64,000 nucleotides of DNA from the NCBI GenBank assembly GCA_025459355.1, contig JALOQS010000019.1, positions 8,463 through 72,462 of the forward strand, written 5' to 3'. A program made the translations under genes and the position numbers. Source of the DNA: Pirellula sp. (GTDB lineage Bacteria; Planctomycetota; Planctomycetia; Pirellulales; Pirellulaceae). Positions 49,331 through 59,138 of the stretch are shown one piece after another; the stretch's first letter is position 1, and every line of letters begins with the position of its first letter. Below the pieces are notes generated by a model. The model had not been told where the DNA came from, made no database searches, and saw nothing but the letters and a program-made list of their open reading frames with translations.

Positions 49331-50826
49331 ACCAATCCGCAGTAGATTCGATAATCGAAACGTTGGAGCAGGATGAACCGCTATTTTGGACTTGGGTCGT
49401 TTTATTGATTCATGTCGTTGTAACGGGAATGCTGGTCGCCCGCATCATCATGAGCAATCGTTCCGTGGGAGCAACGCTATCGTGGATATCGGTCATGTTT
49501 CTTCTGCCAGCGATTGGACCGATCATTTATTTGCTCATCGGTGAATTGAGACTTGGAGCCAAACGGGAAAAGCTCGTCAAAGGATTACGTGGCGCAACAC
49601 GACGTCGATATCACGCGTTAGATCGTCCCGATCTTCGTGTCGATTGGCAAGGCTCGAGTGAAGACTTTGAATTGATTGCGCGAGCTGGTCATAGAATGTT
49701 CGATGTTCCTGCGTTACCGGGCAACCGTCTCGTGTTGTTCAGTGATTGGCAATCCGTATTTGATAAGTTGATTGAGGACATTAACCATGCAAAAGTCAAT
49801 TGCGATTTGGAGTTTTACATATGGCATCACGCTGGTCGAGTGCTTGAAGTCGCAGAGGCATTGGAGAGGGCAGCATCGCGCGGTGTAGTCTGCCGATTAC
49901 TGCTGGATGATATGGGAAGCCGTCGATTTTTGCGAAGTGCCGAGGCGAAACGCATGCGTCAAGCGGGCGTGCAAGTTCAATCCGCCTTGCCTGGTGGTCT
50001 CTGGAGAATCCTGTTTGTTCGTTTCGATCTTAGGCTACATCGTAAGATTGTGTTGATCGACGATCAAATCGCCTGGACCGGGAGCTTGAATCTCGTTGAC
50101 CCTCGTTACTTCAAAAAAGAAGCGGGCGTTGGACAGTGGATTGATGCAATGACTCGCATCGAAGGTCCTGCGGTTGAATCTCTCGCCGTAACCTTTCAAG
50201 CAGACTGGTATGTCGAGACCGATTCCACGGAGCCTGATTTGCCCGATATCACCGGTGATCAGCCGGTTCGAAAAGTTGGTGCCACCATCATCCAAGCACT
50301 CCCGTCTGGACCCGCTTATCGAGTCGAGGCGATTGAACGATTGCTGATTACCGCCATCTACACCGCCAAGAAAGAGTTGATCATTACGACGCCCTACTTC
50401 GTTCCTAGCGAAGCATTGCAAATGGCATTGGCTTCTGCAGCGCTTCGGGGAGTTAAGGTGATCGTTATCCTGCCGGCGAAAGTTGATTCGCTTTTGGTTC
50501 GATGGGCGAGTCAAGCCTTCAAAAATGAATTGATGCAATCGGGTGTGTTTATCGCCAAGTTCTCCGGAGGATTATTGCATACCAAGAGCGTCACGATAGA
50601 CGGAAACGTTAGTCTGTTTGGTTCGTTGAATATGGACCCGAGGAGTTTTCGATTGAATTTTGAGATTACGTTGGCGGTCTACGATTCACTGTTTACGAGT
50701 CATCTCAGGCAATTACAGCAAAGCTACCTGGATCAATCCGAAATCATCGATGCCACGCAATGGGCGAAAAGACCTGAATATATTGGGGGAGAGGAATCTA
50801 AAGGTCGATGCAGTCTATCAGCCTAG
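49327..50826 (+). CDS. cls: Cardiolipin synthase
   Basis: Two N-terminal TMs, two HKD motifs (HRKIVLID, HTKSVTID), PSGP, TPYFVP and RSFRLNFE. Confidence 0.95.
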   Translation: MNQSAVDSIIETLEQDEPLFWTWVVLLIHVVVTGMLVARIIMSNRSVGATLSWISVMFLLPAIGPIIYLLIGELRLGAKREKLVKGLRGATRRRYHALDRPDLRVDWQGSSEDFELIARAGHRMFDVPALPGNRLVLFSDWQSVFDKLIEDINHAKVNCDLEFYIWHHAGRVLEVAEALERAASRGVVCRLLLDDMGSRRFLRSAEAKRMRQAGVQVQSALPGGLWRILFVRFDLRLHRKIVLIDDQIAWTGSLNLVDPRYFKKEAGVGQWIDAMTRIEGPAVESLAVTFQADWYVETDSTEPDLPDITGDQPVRKVGATIIQALPSGPAYRVEAIERLLITAIYTAKKELIITTPYFVPSEALQMALASAALRGVKVIVILPAKVDSLLVRWASQAFKNELMQSGVFIAKFSGGLLHTKSVTIDGNVSLFGSLNMDPRSFRLNFEITLAVYDSLFTSHLRQLQQSYLDQSEIIDATQWAKRPEYIGGEESKGRCSLSA

Positions 50827-50827
50827 A

Positions 50828-53800
50828 TTACTTTTGCCGAAGTCCGCCGTATGCTCGAACCAAGGCCCACAGTTTAGAAAGTGTGGAGGACTCTGTTGTA
50901 GCGGCTGAGACGTCGTTCTGGAGCGTTACATTGCTATCGAATAGTTCGGCTTGTGAACGTGACGTGGCCGCATCGTTGCGATTGGATTCAAACACGATGT
51001 TAGAATCGTCGGAATCCATGGCACCCAATTCACGGAAGTCAACATTGCTCCAATCGATCTTCTCCACTGTCGGTAACGTCACATACTGGAACGGATTGTC
51101 GTTCTCAGGTGCTGACAGTCCGATAGTCGTGTTCTTGCCAAACTCTGTTGCCAGTGACTCTAGATCGTTAACCGTTTGACCGATCTCAGCTTCGCCCCGA
51201 ACGGTGCCGGTGGATGTTGTCTCGGTGACCGGCCCATCGGTTTCAGGGGCTTGAGCTGCGGCCTCTGCTTGAGGAGGTGGCGCTATCGTCTCTTGGTTCT
51301 GATTCGCTAGAAGCGAATTGAACAGTGCGCCGACGAGCTCATTCTTATCAGCAAACGCTAACATCTCGACATCGACCAATCGGTCTACACCATCTGGAGA
51401 TCCAGGCCGCAGATCGGTGACCACGAGCTTACCATCTGGTGTACGATCAAATTGGTAATCACTCATGTTCCCAGAGAACTTCGCAATATCGATGCCCTCA
51501 CCGCCGTCCAGTTGGTCGTCACCTTGGCCACCCACCAGTAGATCTTCACCAGATCCGCCTGAAATTCGGTCGTCCCCTCGATTGCCAACCAACATGTTAG
51601 CTTCGTTATCACCAACCAAAGTATCATCAAAGGATGATCCTACGACTCCTTCGACGTTTCGAATCGTATCTCCCTCTGCTGCTCCTCCTCGGCCTTGTTG
51701 TTTATCCAAGTTGACTTCAACAGCCTCGGCAGATTGTGAGTAATCTACAACGTCTTGTATGCCGTCTCCTCCATCCAGAACGTCGGCTCCACTGTCGCCG
51801 ATTATGACGTCGTTACCATCACCTGCGAGGATCGTATCCGAGGCACTGGTCCCTTTCAATACGGAGCCGTCACTGCCTCCCTCGATGGTTCTGGAGTTTG
51901 CAGAGATTGCGATTTCGATCTCACGAGTCGCAACTCCACCTCGTCCGTCGGATACCTCGATGGTTACCTTCTCGATCGGTCTATCGACGAAACTGAACTT
52001 GGCTTGATCGGTGATTCGCAGTTCATTGCCTACCGCTACGAATGACTTGGCATTTTCACCAACCACGCGGAAGCTCAGGCTCTTGTCGTCAATATCACTT
52101 GCGGAAAGCTTGGCCACGACTTCGCCTGGCTGAACGTTTTCCACGATCGTCGTGTTGTCGATTACGATGTCATAGGGATTATCGTTTACCTCTGCGATGT
52201 CGACGTTGAACGTCTTGGTAATCAATAAGGTCTCGCCCGTTGCTGACTCTGTCGCGGTGGCTTCCAAGGTCAAGTTGACTTGGCCATTGAAGTCCTTGGG
52301 TGCGTTGAGTGCAATATTGCCAAGCTCGGATTGCGCGACATTCCAGGAACCATCTGCGTTGCGTGTGCCAGCAGAAAGCGTGAACCCTTCAGGCACTCCC
52401 TTGATGGCTAATTGCATGGTCTCGCTACCGTCGATATCGCTCAAGCTGGCCGCGAGATCGAGCTTAATCGCTTGGTCTTCCAATCCCGCAACATTACCGA
52501 CTGTCACGTTCGCTGCGTCAGCGACTGCCCCTACATTAACTTCAACCGTTGCCGTTGAGGTCAGTCCGCCGGCGTCGGTCACGGTGTAAGTAAACTTGGC
52601 TGGTCCTGAGTAGTTCGCATCCGTCTTGAATTCAATTTGCCCATTATCGAGCAACCTGACTGTTCCGTTTTCTGCACCTGACACTCCTACGATACGAAGC
52701 GTATCGCCGTCGAGATCGGTGTCGTTACCCAGCAACTGACTCGCGTTGAGGTTCAACGTTCCATCTTCACTCACGGTAAAGGAGTCGTTCGCGGCTGTGT
52801 TGGTTTCGTTGACGTCATCGACCGCGATCTGAACACTACGCGTCCAAGTTTCGTTGCCATTGGTGCCACTTAGCTTCAGCTCGAGCTTAGCCGCTTCTTC
52901 GAAGTTAAGCGATACGCCATCCTTTAGCTTTAGATTGCCGTCTCGCACTTCGAAGCGGTCGTCGCTCACCGTTACCTTGGTGTTACTGTCTACGGCGGTT
53001 ACTCTGCCGACGATGGCTCCCGCCACGTTTTCCGCGATGCGAGCATCGGTTGGTCGAGGAGCATCGCTCGTGTTGAAGCTCATCGTGCCAGACCAGTACA
53101 TGCCTTCTTGGCCGCGTATTTCATCACCGCCACGATGATACTTAGCACTTGGGCCTTCGGCTTCGAATCGCTTGCCGTTGATTTCGATGGCGTCAACGTA
53201 CATATTGCGATCGGTCTCCGCCTTGCCTTCGAATGCATCGTTGATGAAGCGAACGGAAACGTTATTCAATTGCTGACCAGGGGCCACTTCGAGTTTCAGT
53301 TCTTGGAACCCACCAGCACCTTGAGCTGCGATGCGATCAATGGTCGCCCAATCGACGACACCGGTGGTGATCTTCTCACCGTTAGCCCACACTTCGTAGC
53401 GTGGTGGTTCCGCTCGTTGGCCCGCGTTGTTACCCATTTCACCGCCCAATCGGATAGTCAATTGGTTCGGCTCTGCTGTGGCTGATGCGAGTTGGACTGG
53501 CTCGACTGTCTTGGCAACTGTGTCGATCGGTAACCATGCATCGGCAAAGGCTAATGTCTCGGTGTTGATCACGCGGTCGGTTCCGTCAGGCGCACCTGGT
53601 CGCAGGTCTCGAACAGTAATCGAACCGTCTGCATTGCGAGTTACATCGTAGTCGGCTGATGATCCACTAAAGTTCGCTCGGTCAAAGCCCTGGCCACCAT
53701 CAATGAAGTCGTTGCCTGAACCGCCGATGATAACATCATTGTCCAATCCACCGTTAACAATATCATCTCCTGAGCCGGCGTTGATCGTATCTGCACCTCC

Positions 53801-56800
53801 TTGGCCATCGATGCGGTCATTACCCGCACCTGCGTCGATGTTATCGTTACCTGTTTGTAGGCTGGCTGGGGTTACCAGCCTGAACATTTGAACATTGTCG
53901 ATGTAGCCACCTAAGCTATCGCTCGTACCGATGGCACGAAACTCAAGAGTGCCCTGTGCACCATTGCCATCTACTTGGTAGCTCAAGGTCCTCCATTGGG
54001 TATCGCGTAGTCCTACACCGTCACCAACAAGCGTATCGATCTTGTTGCCATTCCACCAAACTTCTACGCCATTGCTAGCCGCAGGAACCCCTGGACGAGG
54101 TGAATACTGAACCGAGATTTCATACTTTTGCCCAGCTTCGGTCGCGACGACTTGCTGCATGCCAGAGTTGCCATGGCTATCTAGCTCAACAAGGCTAGAA
54201 CCATCGGCTGCACCGCCAGCAACCCCTTCTTGAATCTCAATACCGTTACCGCTAGTCGTTCTCCATCCATCAACACTGTTGAAAACCGACCAAGTGCGAT
54301 TGGCGGTCAAATTCGTTTCGAAGCTACCGTTAACGATTAAGTTATCGCCTGTCTTGACCAGTGTCCCAGCAGGGATGTTTTCGGGATTTGTGTCGCCGAA
54401 GATCACATCATCGCCAGCACCGGCATTGATTTGGTCGTTTCCAGACCCACCATCGATCGTATCGTTAAAACTGGAGCCGGTAATTCTATCGTTGCCAGCG
54501 TCTCCGCTGAGTCTATCGCCAGCGGTGTCATTGAGTGCACCTGCGGTGATCACGTCGTCACCATCTCCGCCACTGACGGTATCAGCACCTACGCCGCCAT
54601 TGAGTATGTCGTTTCCAGCACCACCTCGGATGTTGTCATTTCCAGCACCGCCATCGATCGTATCAGCAGCACGAGTTCCAATCAGATTGTCGTTCGCGGC
54701 AGAACCACGACGAACCCAGCTACCTTGTTCGCTGACCAAGGTTTGATCTGCAAACCGAAGAGATTCCACATTGATGACTCGGTCGACGCCATCAGCCGTG
54801 CTTCGATCGATAACAGTCGTTGTTCCATCTGCATTGCGAACGATGTCGTAGTCAACACGGTTGCCAGAGAATACGGCAACATCATTGCCGCTGCCACCGT
54901 CGATAATGTCATTGCCTGAGCCACCCGTCAACGTGTCGTCGCCATCCTCACCAAATAATCGATCATCGCCAGCACCTCCGATCAAGGTGTCGTTGCCGTG
55001 CCCGGTCCATATGGTGTCGTTACCATTACCGCCATCGACGACATCAACACCAACTCGGCCTGCAAGTTGACTGTTGTCGAAGACATCGTTTCCATCCCCT
55101 AGTCGTGCGTTGGAACCAGCCGCTGCACCGTAAATATAGTCGTCTCGGGAAGAACCGATCACGTTCTCGATATTGGTATAGGTGTCGCCAGCAGCATCGC
55201 CAGTCAAACCTCCAGCCTTTTGATTCGCATGTGGCCCATGTTGATCGGTATCGTCAAGCTTAACCGTTACACCCTGAGCGGATCTGGAGTAGTCCACTGT
55301 GTCGACTCCAGCTTTGCCAACAAAGGCTTCAGCCCTGGCACCTGCAGCGAAGGTATCGTTGCCTGCTGTCCCCAGCACTTGACGACTAGTGATCGTTACC
55401 GCAGTCGTTGCCTCGACAACTTGAGACGCAGTAACCTTTAAGTTATCAATGCCCCAAGCTTCATCGCCTGGGCTTTGATCTAACATGGAGCCAAAGCCCA
55501 GCTTGAACTGACCGTTTACGACGGGAATAGTGAGCGTGTACCGATGTCGTTGATCCGCCCAACCGCTAAAGCCTTGGTTTTGACGGCCATCATCAAGTGC
55601 AACAGAATTTGCTTTGTTGCCATCGCGTTGATACGTGCTGTGCTCTGTAAAGAACGTCTGGGCCGATACAACCTGATCATTAGCGAAGACTCGGAATTGT
55701 TCACCATCCCAAGAATCGAGTTCCAGGAAGTCGAATTGCACTTGAACTTCGGTTACACCCGGAGGAGCATCAAAGGTCTTGAAGACAGATTGACTGCCTC
55801 GATCATTGCCCGCGACTTCACTGAAGCGACCCAAGAAATTGGTGAGCGATGCACCGCCGTTGGATACCGCATTGCTGTTCCAACCGGATGCTCCGTTCTC
55901 AAAATCTTCGGAATAGATCGTACCCTTGGTCTCAATCGTTGACTTGACCGTTATATTCGCGACCCCCTCAAGCTCGCCGGTCGCTTGAAGATTATTCAGT
56001 TGTTCCGGGGTTAGTTGCCATGATCCGTCGGCTAGCTTTACACCCGCATTAAGCGACATTGTTGCGGGCACGTTCTGAACGACAACCGATTTCAGCGTTG
56101 TTCCTTCAGGACCGACTGCGTCCAGTTTCAGATTCACTGGTCCGTCTGCTAGATCACCCGTCGCTGTTGCGCTCAAGCTAACGGCGGATTCGATCTCGAG
56201 TTCGATATTCGATGTGATCGATGTGTTGGCTTGAATCACCAAGTTATCGATCGCCCAGGCCTCATCGCCGATGCTCTGATTAAGTGTTGAGCCAAAGCCC
56301 AGCTTGACCATTCCGTTTTCAACTGGCAATACGATGCGGTAACTATGTCGTTGATCTTCCCAACCACTAAAGCCTTGGTTGCCAAGATTTTTTGTATCGG
56401 ATACAGCGAATCGACTTCCTTGGTCAATACCTCGACCGGCACCTTGGAAGGTGTCGTTGGCAACGAGTTTGTCATTACCGAAGACTTGGAATCTTTCGCC
56501 GTCCCATGAATCAAGTTCGAGCATATCGAACTCGACAACGACCTCCGTCACTCCCTCAGGAACTGCGAAGGTCTTGAAGACACCTTGCTGTCCGCCGGTT
56601 CCGCCAAATCGGCCCAATGCATTAGTGAAGGAACCGCTATTCTCGGTGGTATTGATATTCCATCCCTTCGCGCCGGATTCAAAGCTCTCGCTGAAGAGCG
56701 GAGTTGGGCTAGCAACGTTCGTCGTCACTTTGAGATCAAAGTTACCTGTGACCAAGCTATTGGTGGTGACCGTTAGGTTCTTAAGGTCCGCTGCATCGAG

Positions 56801-59062
56801 AACCCACTCCCCTTGGCCAACATCGCGACCCGCAGATAGCTTTGCACCGGCTGGTAGCCCTGATACCCTGACCTCAACACCATCAGTCGGTAGGTTAGTT
56901 CCGAGATTCAAAGACAACGGAATCGCTTGTCCGGCTGTGATTTCCACATTGGCAGGGAGCAACGAAGCCACGGGGCTGAGATCAAAGTCTGGTAAGTTTG
57001 CGGCAACGGACGGATCGTACATCGCGAATCCGCCATTGGATGTCCTCACGTAGTCGATATCGGTAAACTCAACGGTAAAAGACCTGTCGCCGGGCAAAGT
57101 AACAACGGCGCGATTGTCGGAAATATCGATATCGCTTGGCGCGAACCTGCTCAAGTCGATTGTGTTGTATCCGTTAGCCGCTTCGATAGTATACGTTGCA
57201 CCTGGCGTTGGATTAGCGAACGCAAACGTGTCGTCATGGTTCGAACCTACGATTCGTTCAATGCTATTGAGCGTATCGGTATCAGGACCGCTGGTAACAA
57301 CGCCCGTTGTGATATCTGCCACGATACCTCGGGTGGAGTCGCTATAGGAAGCCGTGTCCCGACCATCGCCTCCGTTAAGCGTGTCGTTGCCTGAGCCACC
57401 TTGCAATAGGTCGTTCCCAGTTCCACCGTTTAATACATCATTGCCCATACCGCCAAACAATTGATCGTCACCGCCGTTGCCGAACAATTTGTCGTTTCCA
57501 GCACCACCGTTCAGAATATCGTTACCCTGCGTAACAATAGTCGGGGTGACACTGATCTTGGTAACAACGGGACCAAAGAATGGACCGTTGACAGCATTGG
57601 CTTGAGTTTGACTCGCGAAGACGATTTTTGTGGACTCGGATGTTGCCACGAACGTGAATTCACGAGTCTCATAACCCATCGATTGGCGAGACCAGTTCGC
57701 AGGTCGATTCCATTCAAATCTTGCTGAGCTATCGCCGGCTGTCAATTGCAAGCTCTTGGTTGGTGAGCCTCCATCACAATTGCCAGCCATGTCGAATCGA
57801 ACGGTATAGGTCATGCCGGGTACTGTGTCCAGTTCTTGGCTGATTGCACCTGGAGAGCTACCGTCAAGATCAATGCTTCCGCCCGCGCCGTTGTGTTCCC
57901 AGTAATTGCCGATAACGTCTACTGTTCCGCTTTCAACTTTCCAGCCACTGAACTCATTACCTGCAGTGAGCGTGCGGAAATGATTGGTAACACCGGTGTT
58001 AGTAAAGTTGCCATCCGTTACGAGATTCGTTGTATCGCCATCACCATTGTCCCCGATAAGAACATCGTCTCCCTCACCGCCGTTGAGTTCATCGTTTCCA
58101 GCGCCACCAACGAGCGTGTCATCGTTATTGACGGAGAATAACCGCACGTTGTCGAGAGCGGTTCCGATACCATCATTACGTCCTACTTCGACGAATCGCA
58201 AGGTGTTCGAACCATCGCCGGAACCTGCTTCCAACTGGAATGTATGCTGTTTCCAGCCATCAGCAAATGTGCCGCCAGTCGTCCCGACTTTTTCTCCATT
58301 CCAGTAAACTTCCATGACGCCGGTGCCTTCTGTGCCACGGCTTCGCGCATCAAAGCTCAATTCATAAACATCACCGCTCTCGAGTCCATCAATCCTTTGT
58401 GAGAATGCGATGCCTCCCGGCGAAGCATCCGTGTCGAGCCAGTGTTCGCCGTCGGTTGCGCCAACATTTCCATGTGCTGCATCGACGACTTCGAATTGGG
58501 GGCCGCTTTCTAGATTCCAGCCCTCAAGTTGTTGCATACCTCGCCATCCACCAGTGGCGATATCACCACCGGTGAATTTTTCGAAGCTGCCATTTTGAAT
58601 GTAATTCTTGCGATCACCATCGCCGGTTAGCTTGTCATCACCATCTCCGCCGGCGAGCACATCGCTTCCTTCGCCGCCGTTGAGAGTATCATTCCCAGCA
58701 TTGCCAACGAGTTGATCATCGCCAGTGCCACCGTTGAGGGAATCATTACCCAGTCCACCGAACAGCTTGTCATCGCCCGAGCCACCGAACAGTTGATCAT
58801 TTCCTTCATTTCCAAAAAGCTTATCGTCCCCAGCTAGACTATTGAGAACGTCGTCCATGGCCGATCCATTAGCGGTGTCGTTCCCCTCCGTTGCATTCGC
58901 CTCTGGCTCATCGGTTGCAGAATCAACCCATGTTGCTGACATTAGGATTCTTGGCTCCAAAATGTCGGTTGTGAAGCTGGCGTTGGATTTCTCAGGTGCA
59001 GCTGTTCGTTTTTGTTTGTTGTTGCTGTTGATGTTGGTGGGGGCAGATTTTTTGTTGGACAT
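50828..59062 (-). CDS. Giant (2744 aa) LEPR-xLL / RTX-repeat / cadherin / multi-carbohydrate-binding surface protein
   Basis: LEPRILMS at aa 35-42; many GGxGxDxL Ca-binding nonapeptides; three DUF642-like modules; two ELDSWDGE modules; a CBM60-like DRNMYVD module; cadherin/Ig repeats. Confidence 0.9.
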   Translation of the reverse strand: MSNKKSAPTNINSNNKQKRTAAPEKSNASFTTDILEPRILMSATWVDSATDEPEANATEGNDTANGSAMDDVLNSLAGDDKLFGNEGNDQLFGGSGDDKLFGGLGNDSLNGGTGDDQLVGNAGNDTLNGGEGSDVLAGGDGDDKLTGDGDRKNYIQNGSFEKFTGGDIATGGWRGMQQLEGWNLESGPQFEVVDAAHGNVGATDGEHWLDTDASPGGIAFSQRIDGLESGDVYELSFDARSRGTEGTGVMEVYWNGEKVGTTGGTFADGWKQHTFQLEAGSGDGSNTLRFVEVGRNDGIGTALDNVRLFSVNNDDTLVGGAGNDELNGGEGDDVLIGDNGDGDTTNLVTDGNFTNTGVTNHFRTLTAGNEFSGWKVESGTVDVIGNYWEHNGAGGSIDLDGSSPGAISQELDTVPGMTYTVRFDMAGNCDGGSPTKSLQLTAGDSSARFEWNRPANWSRQSMGYETREFTFVATSESTKIVFASQTQANAVNGPFFGPVVTKISVTPTIVTQGNDILNGGAGNDKLFGNGGDDQLFGGMGNDVLNGGTGNDLLQGGSGNDTLNGGDGRDTASYSDSTRGIVADITTGVVTSGPDTDTLNSIERIVGSNHDDTFAFANPTPGATYTIEAANGYNTIDLSRFAPSDIDISDNRAVVTLPGDRSFTVEFTDIDYVRTSNGGFAMYDPSVAANLPDFDLSPVASLLPANVEITAGQAIPLSLNLGTNLPTDGVEVRVSGLPAGAKLSAGRDVGQGEWVLDAADLKNLTVTTNSLVTGNFDLKVTTNVASPTPLFSESFESGAKGWNINTTENSGSFTNALGRFGGTGGQQGVFKTFAVPEGVTEVVVEFDMLELDSWDGERFQVFGNDKLVANDTFQGAGRGIDQGSRFAVSDTKNLGNQGFSGWEDQRHSYRIVLPVENGMVKLGFGSTLNQSIGDEAWAIDNLVIQANTSITSNIELEIESAVSLSATATGDLADGPVNLKLDAVGPEGTTLKSVVVQNVPATMSLNAGVKLADGSWQLTPEQLNNLQATGELEGVANITVKSTIETKGTIYSEDFENGASGWNSNAVSNGGASLTNFLGRFSEVAGNDRGSQSVFKTFDAPPGVTEVQVQFDFLELDSWDGEQFRVFANDQVVSAQTFFTEHSTYQRDGNKANSVALDDGRQNQGFSGWADQRHRYTLTIPVVNGQFKLGFGSMLDQSPGDEAWGIDNLKVTASQVVEATTAVTITSRQVLGTAGNDTFAAGARAEAFVGKAGVDTVDYSRSAQGVTVKLDDTDQHGPHANQKAGGLTGDAAGDTYTNIENVIGSSRDDYIYGAAAGSNARLGDGNDVFDNSQLAGRVGVDVVDGGNGNDTIWTGHGNDTLIGGAGDDRLFGEDGDDTLTGGSGNDIIDGGSGNDVAVFSGNRVDYDIVRNADGTTTVIDRSTADGVDRVINVESLRFADQTLVSEQGSWVRRGSAANDNLIGTRAADTIDGGAGNDNIRGGAGNDILNGGVGADTVSGGDGDDVITAGALNDTAGDRLSGDAGNDRITGSSFNDTIDGGSGNDQINAGAGDDVIFGDTNPENIPAGTLVKTGDNLIVNGSFETNLTANRTWSVFNSVDGWRTTSGNGIEIQEGVAGGAADGSSLVELDSHGNSGMQQVVATEAGQKYEISVQYSPRPGVPAASNGVEVWWNGNKIDTLVGDGVGLRDTQWRTLSYQVDGNGAQGTLEFRAIGTSDSLGGYIDNVQMFRLVTPASLQTGNDNIDAGAGNDRIDGQGGADTINAGSGDDIVNGGLDNDVIIGGSGNDFIDGGQGFDRANFSGSSADYDVTRNADGSITVRDLRPGAPDGTDRVINTETLAFADAWLPIDTVAKTVEPVQLASATAEPNQLTIRLGGEMGNNAGQRAEPPRYEVWANGEKITTGVVDWATIDRIAAQGAGGFQELKLEVAPGQQLNNVSVRFINDAFEGKAETDRNMYVDAIEINGKRFEAEGPSAKYHRGGDEIRGQEGMYWSGTMSFNTSDAPRPTDARIAENVAGAIVGRVTAVDSNTKVTVSDDRFEVRDGNLKLKDGVSLNFEEAAKLELKLSGTNGNETWTRSVQIAVDDVNETNTAANDSFTVSEDGTLNLNASQLLGNDTDLDGDTLRIVGVSGAENGTVRLLDNGQIEFKTDANYSGPAKFTYTVTDAGGLTSTATVEVNVGAVADAANVTVGNVAGLEDQAIKLDLAASLSDIDGSETMQLAIKGVPEGFTLSAGTRNADGSWNVAQSELGNIALNAPKDFNGQVNLTLEATATESATGETLLITKTFNVDIAEVNDNPYDIVIDNTTIVENVQPGEVVAKLSASDIDDKSLSFRVVGENAKSFVAVGNELRITDQAKFSFVDRPIEKVTIEVSDGRGGVATREIEIAISANSRTIEGGSDGSVLKGTSASDTILAGDGNDVIIGDSGADVLDGGDGIQDVVDYSQSAEAVEVNLDKQQGRGGAAEGDTIRNVEGVVGSSFDDTLVGDNEANMLVGNRGDDRISGGSGEDLLVGGQGDDQLDGGEGIDIAKFSGNMSDYQFDRTPDGKLVVTDLRPGSPDGVDRLVDVEMLAFADKNELVGALFNSLLANQNQETIAPPPQAEAAAQAPETDGPVTETTSTGTVRGEAEIGQTVNDLESLATEFGKNTTIGLSAPENDNPFQYVTLPTVEKIDWSNVDFRELGAMDSDDSNIVFESNRNDAATSRSQAELFDSNVTLQNDVSAATTESSTLSKLWALVRAYGGLRQK

Positions 59063-59138
59063 TTTTAGTTCTTTTGAGACGTAGTTTGTAGCAGGGGTTT
59101 AAAGGGGAGGAGAGATTTTGAGATTGTTAAGTCAAGGC

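Noticed and set aside
50828-59062. Pore-forming RTX toxin
   Set aside because: No hydrophobic pore domain, acyltransferase gene or recognisable effector domain was seen; the architecture is adhesin-like.
51465-59084. Many short plus-strand ORFs inside the giant gene
   Set aside because: These Ser/Pro-rich antisense shadows are typical of Gly/Asp-rich RTX genes.
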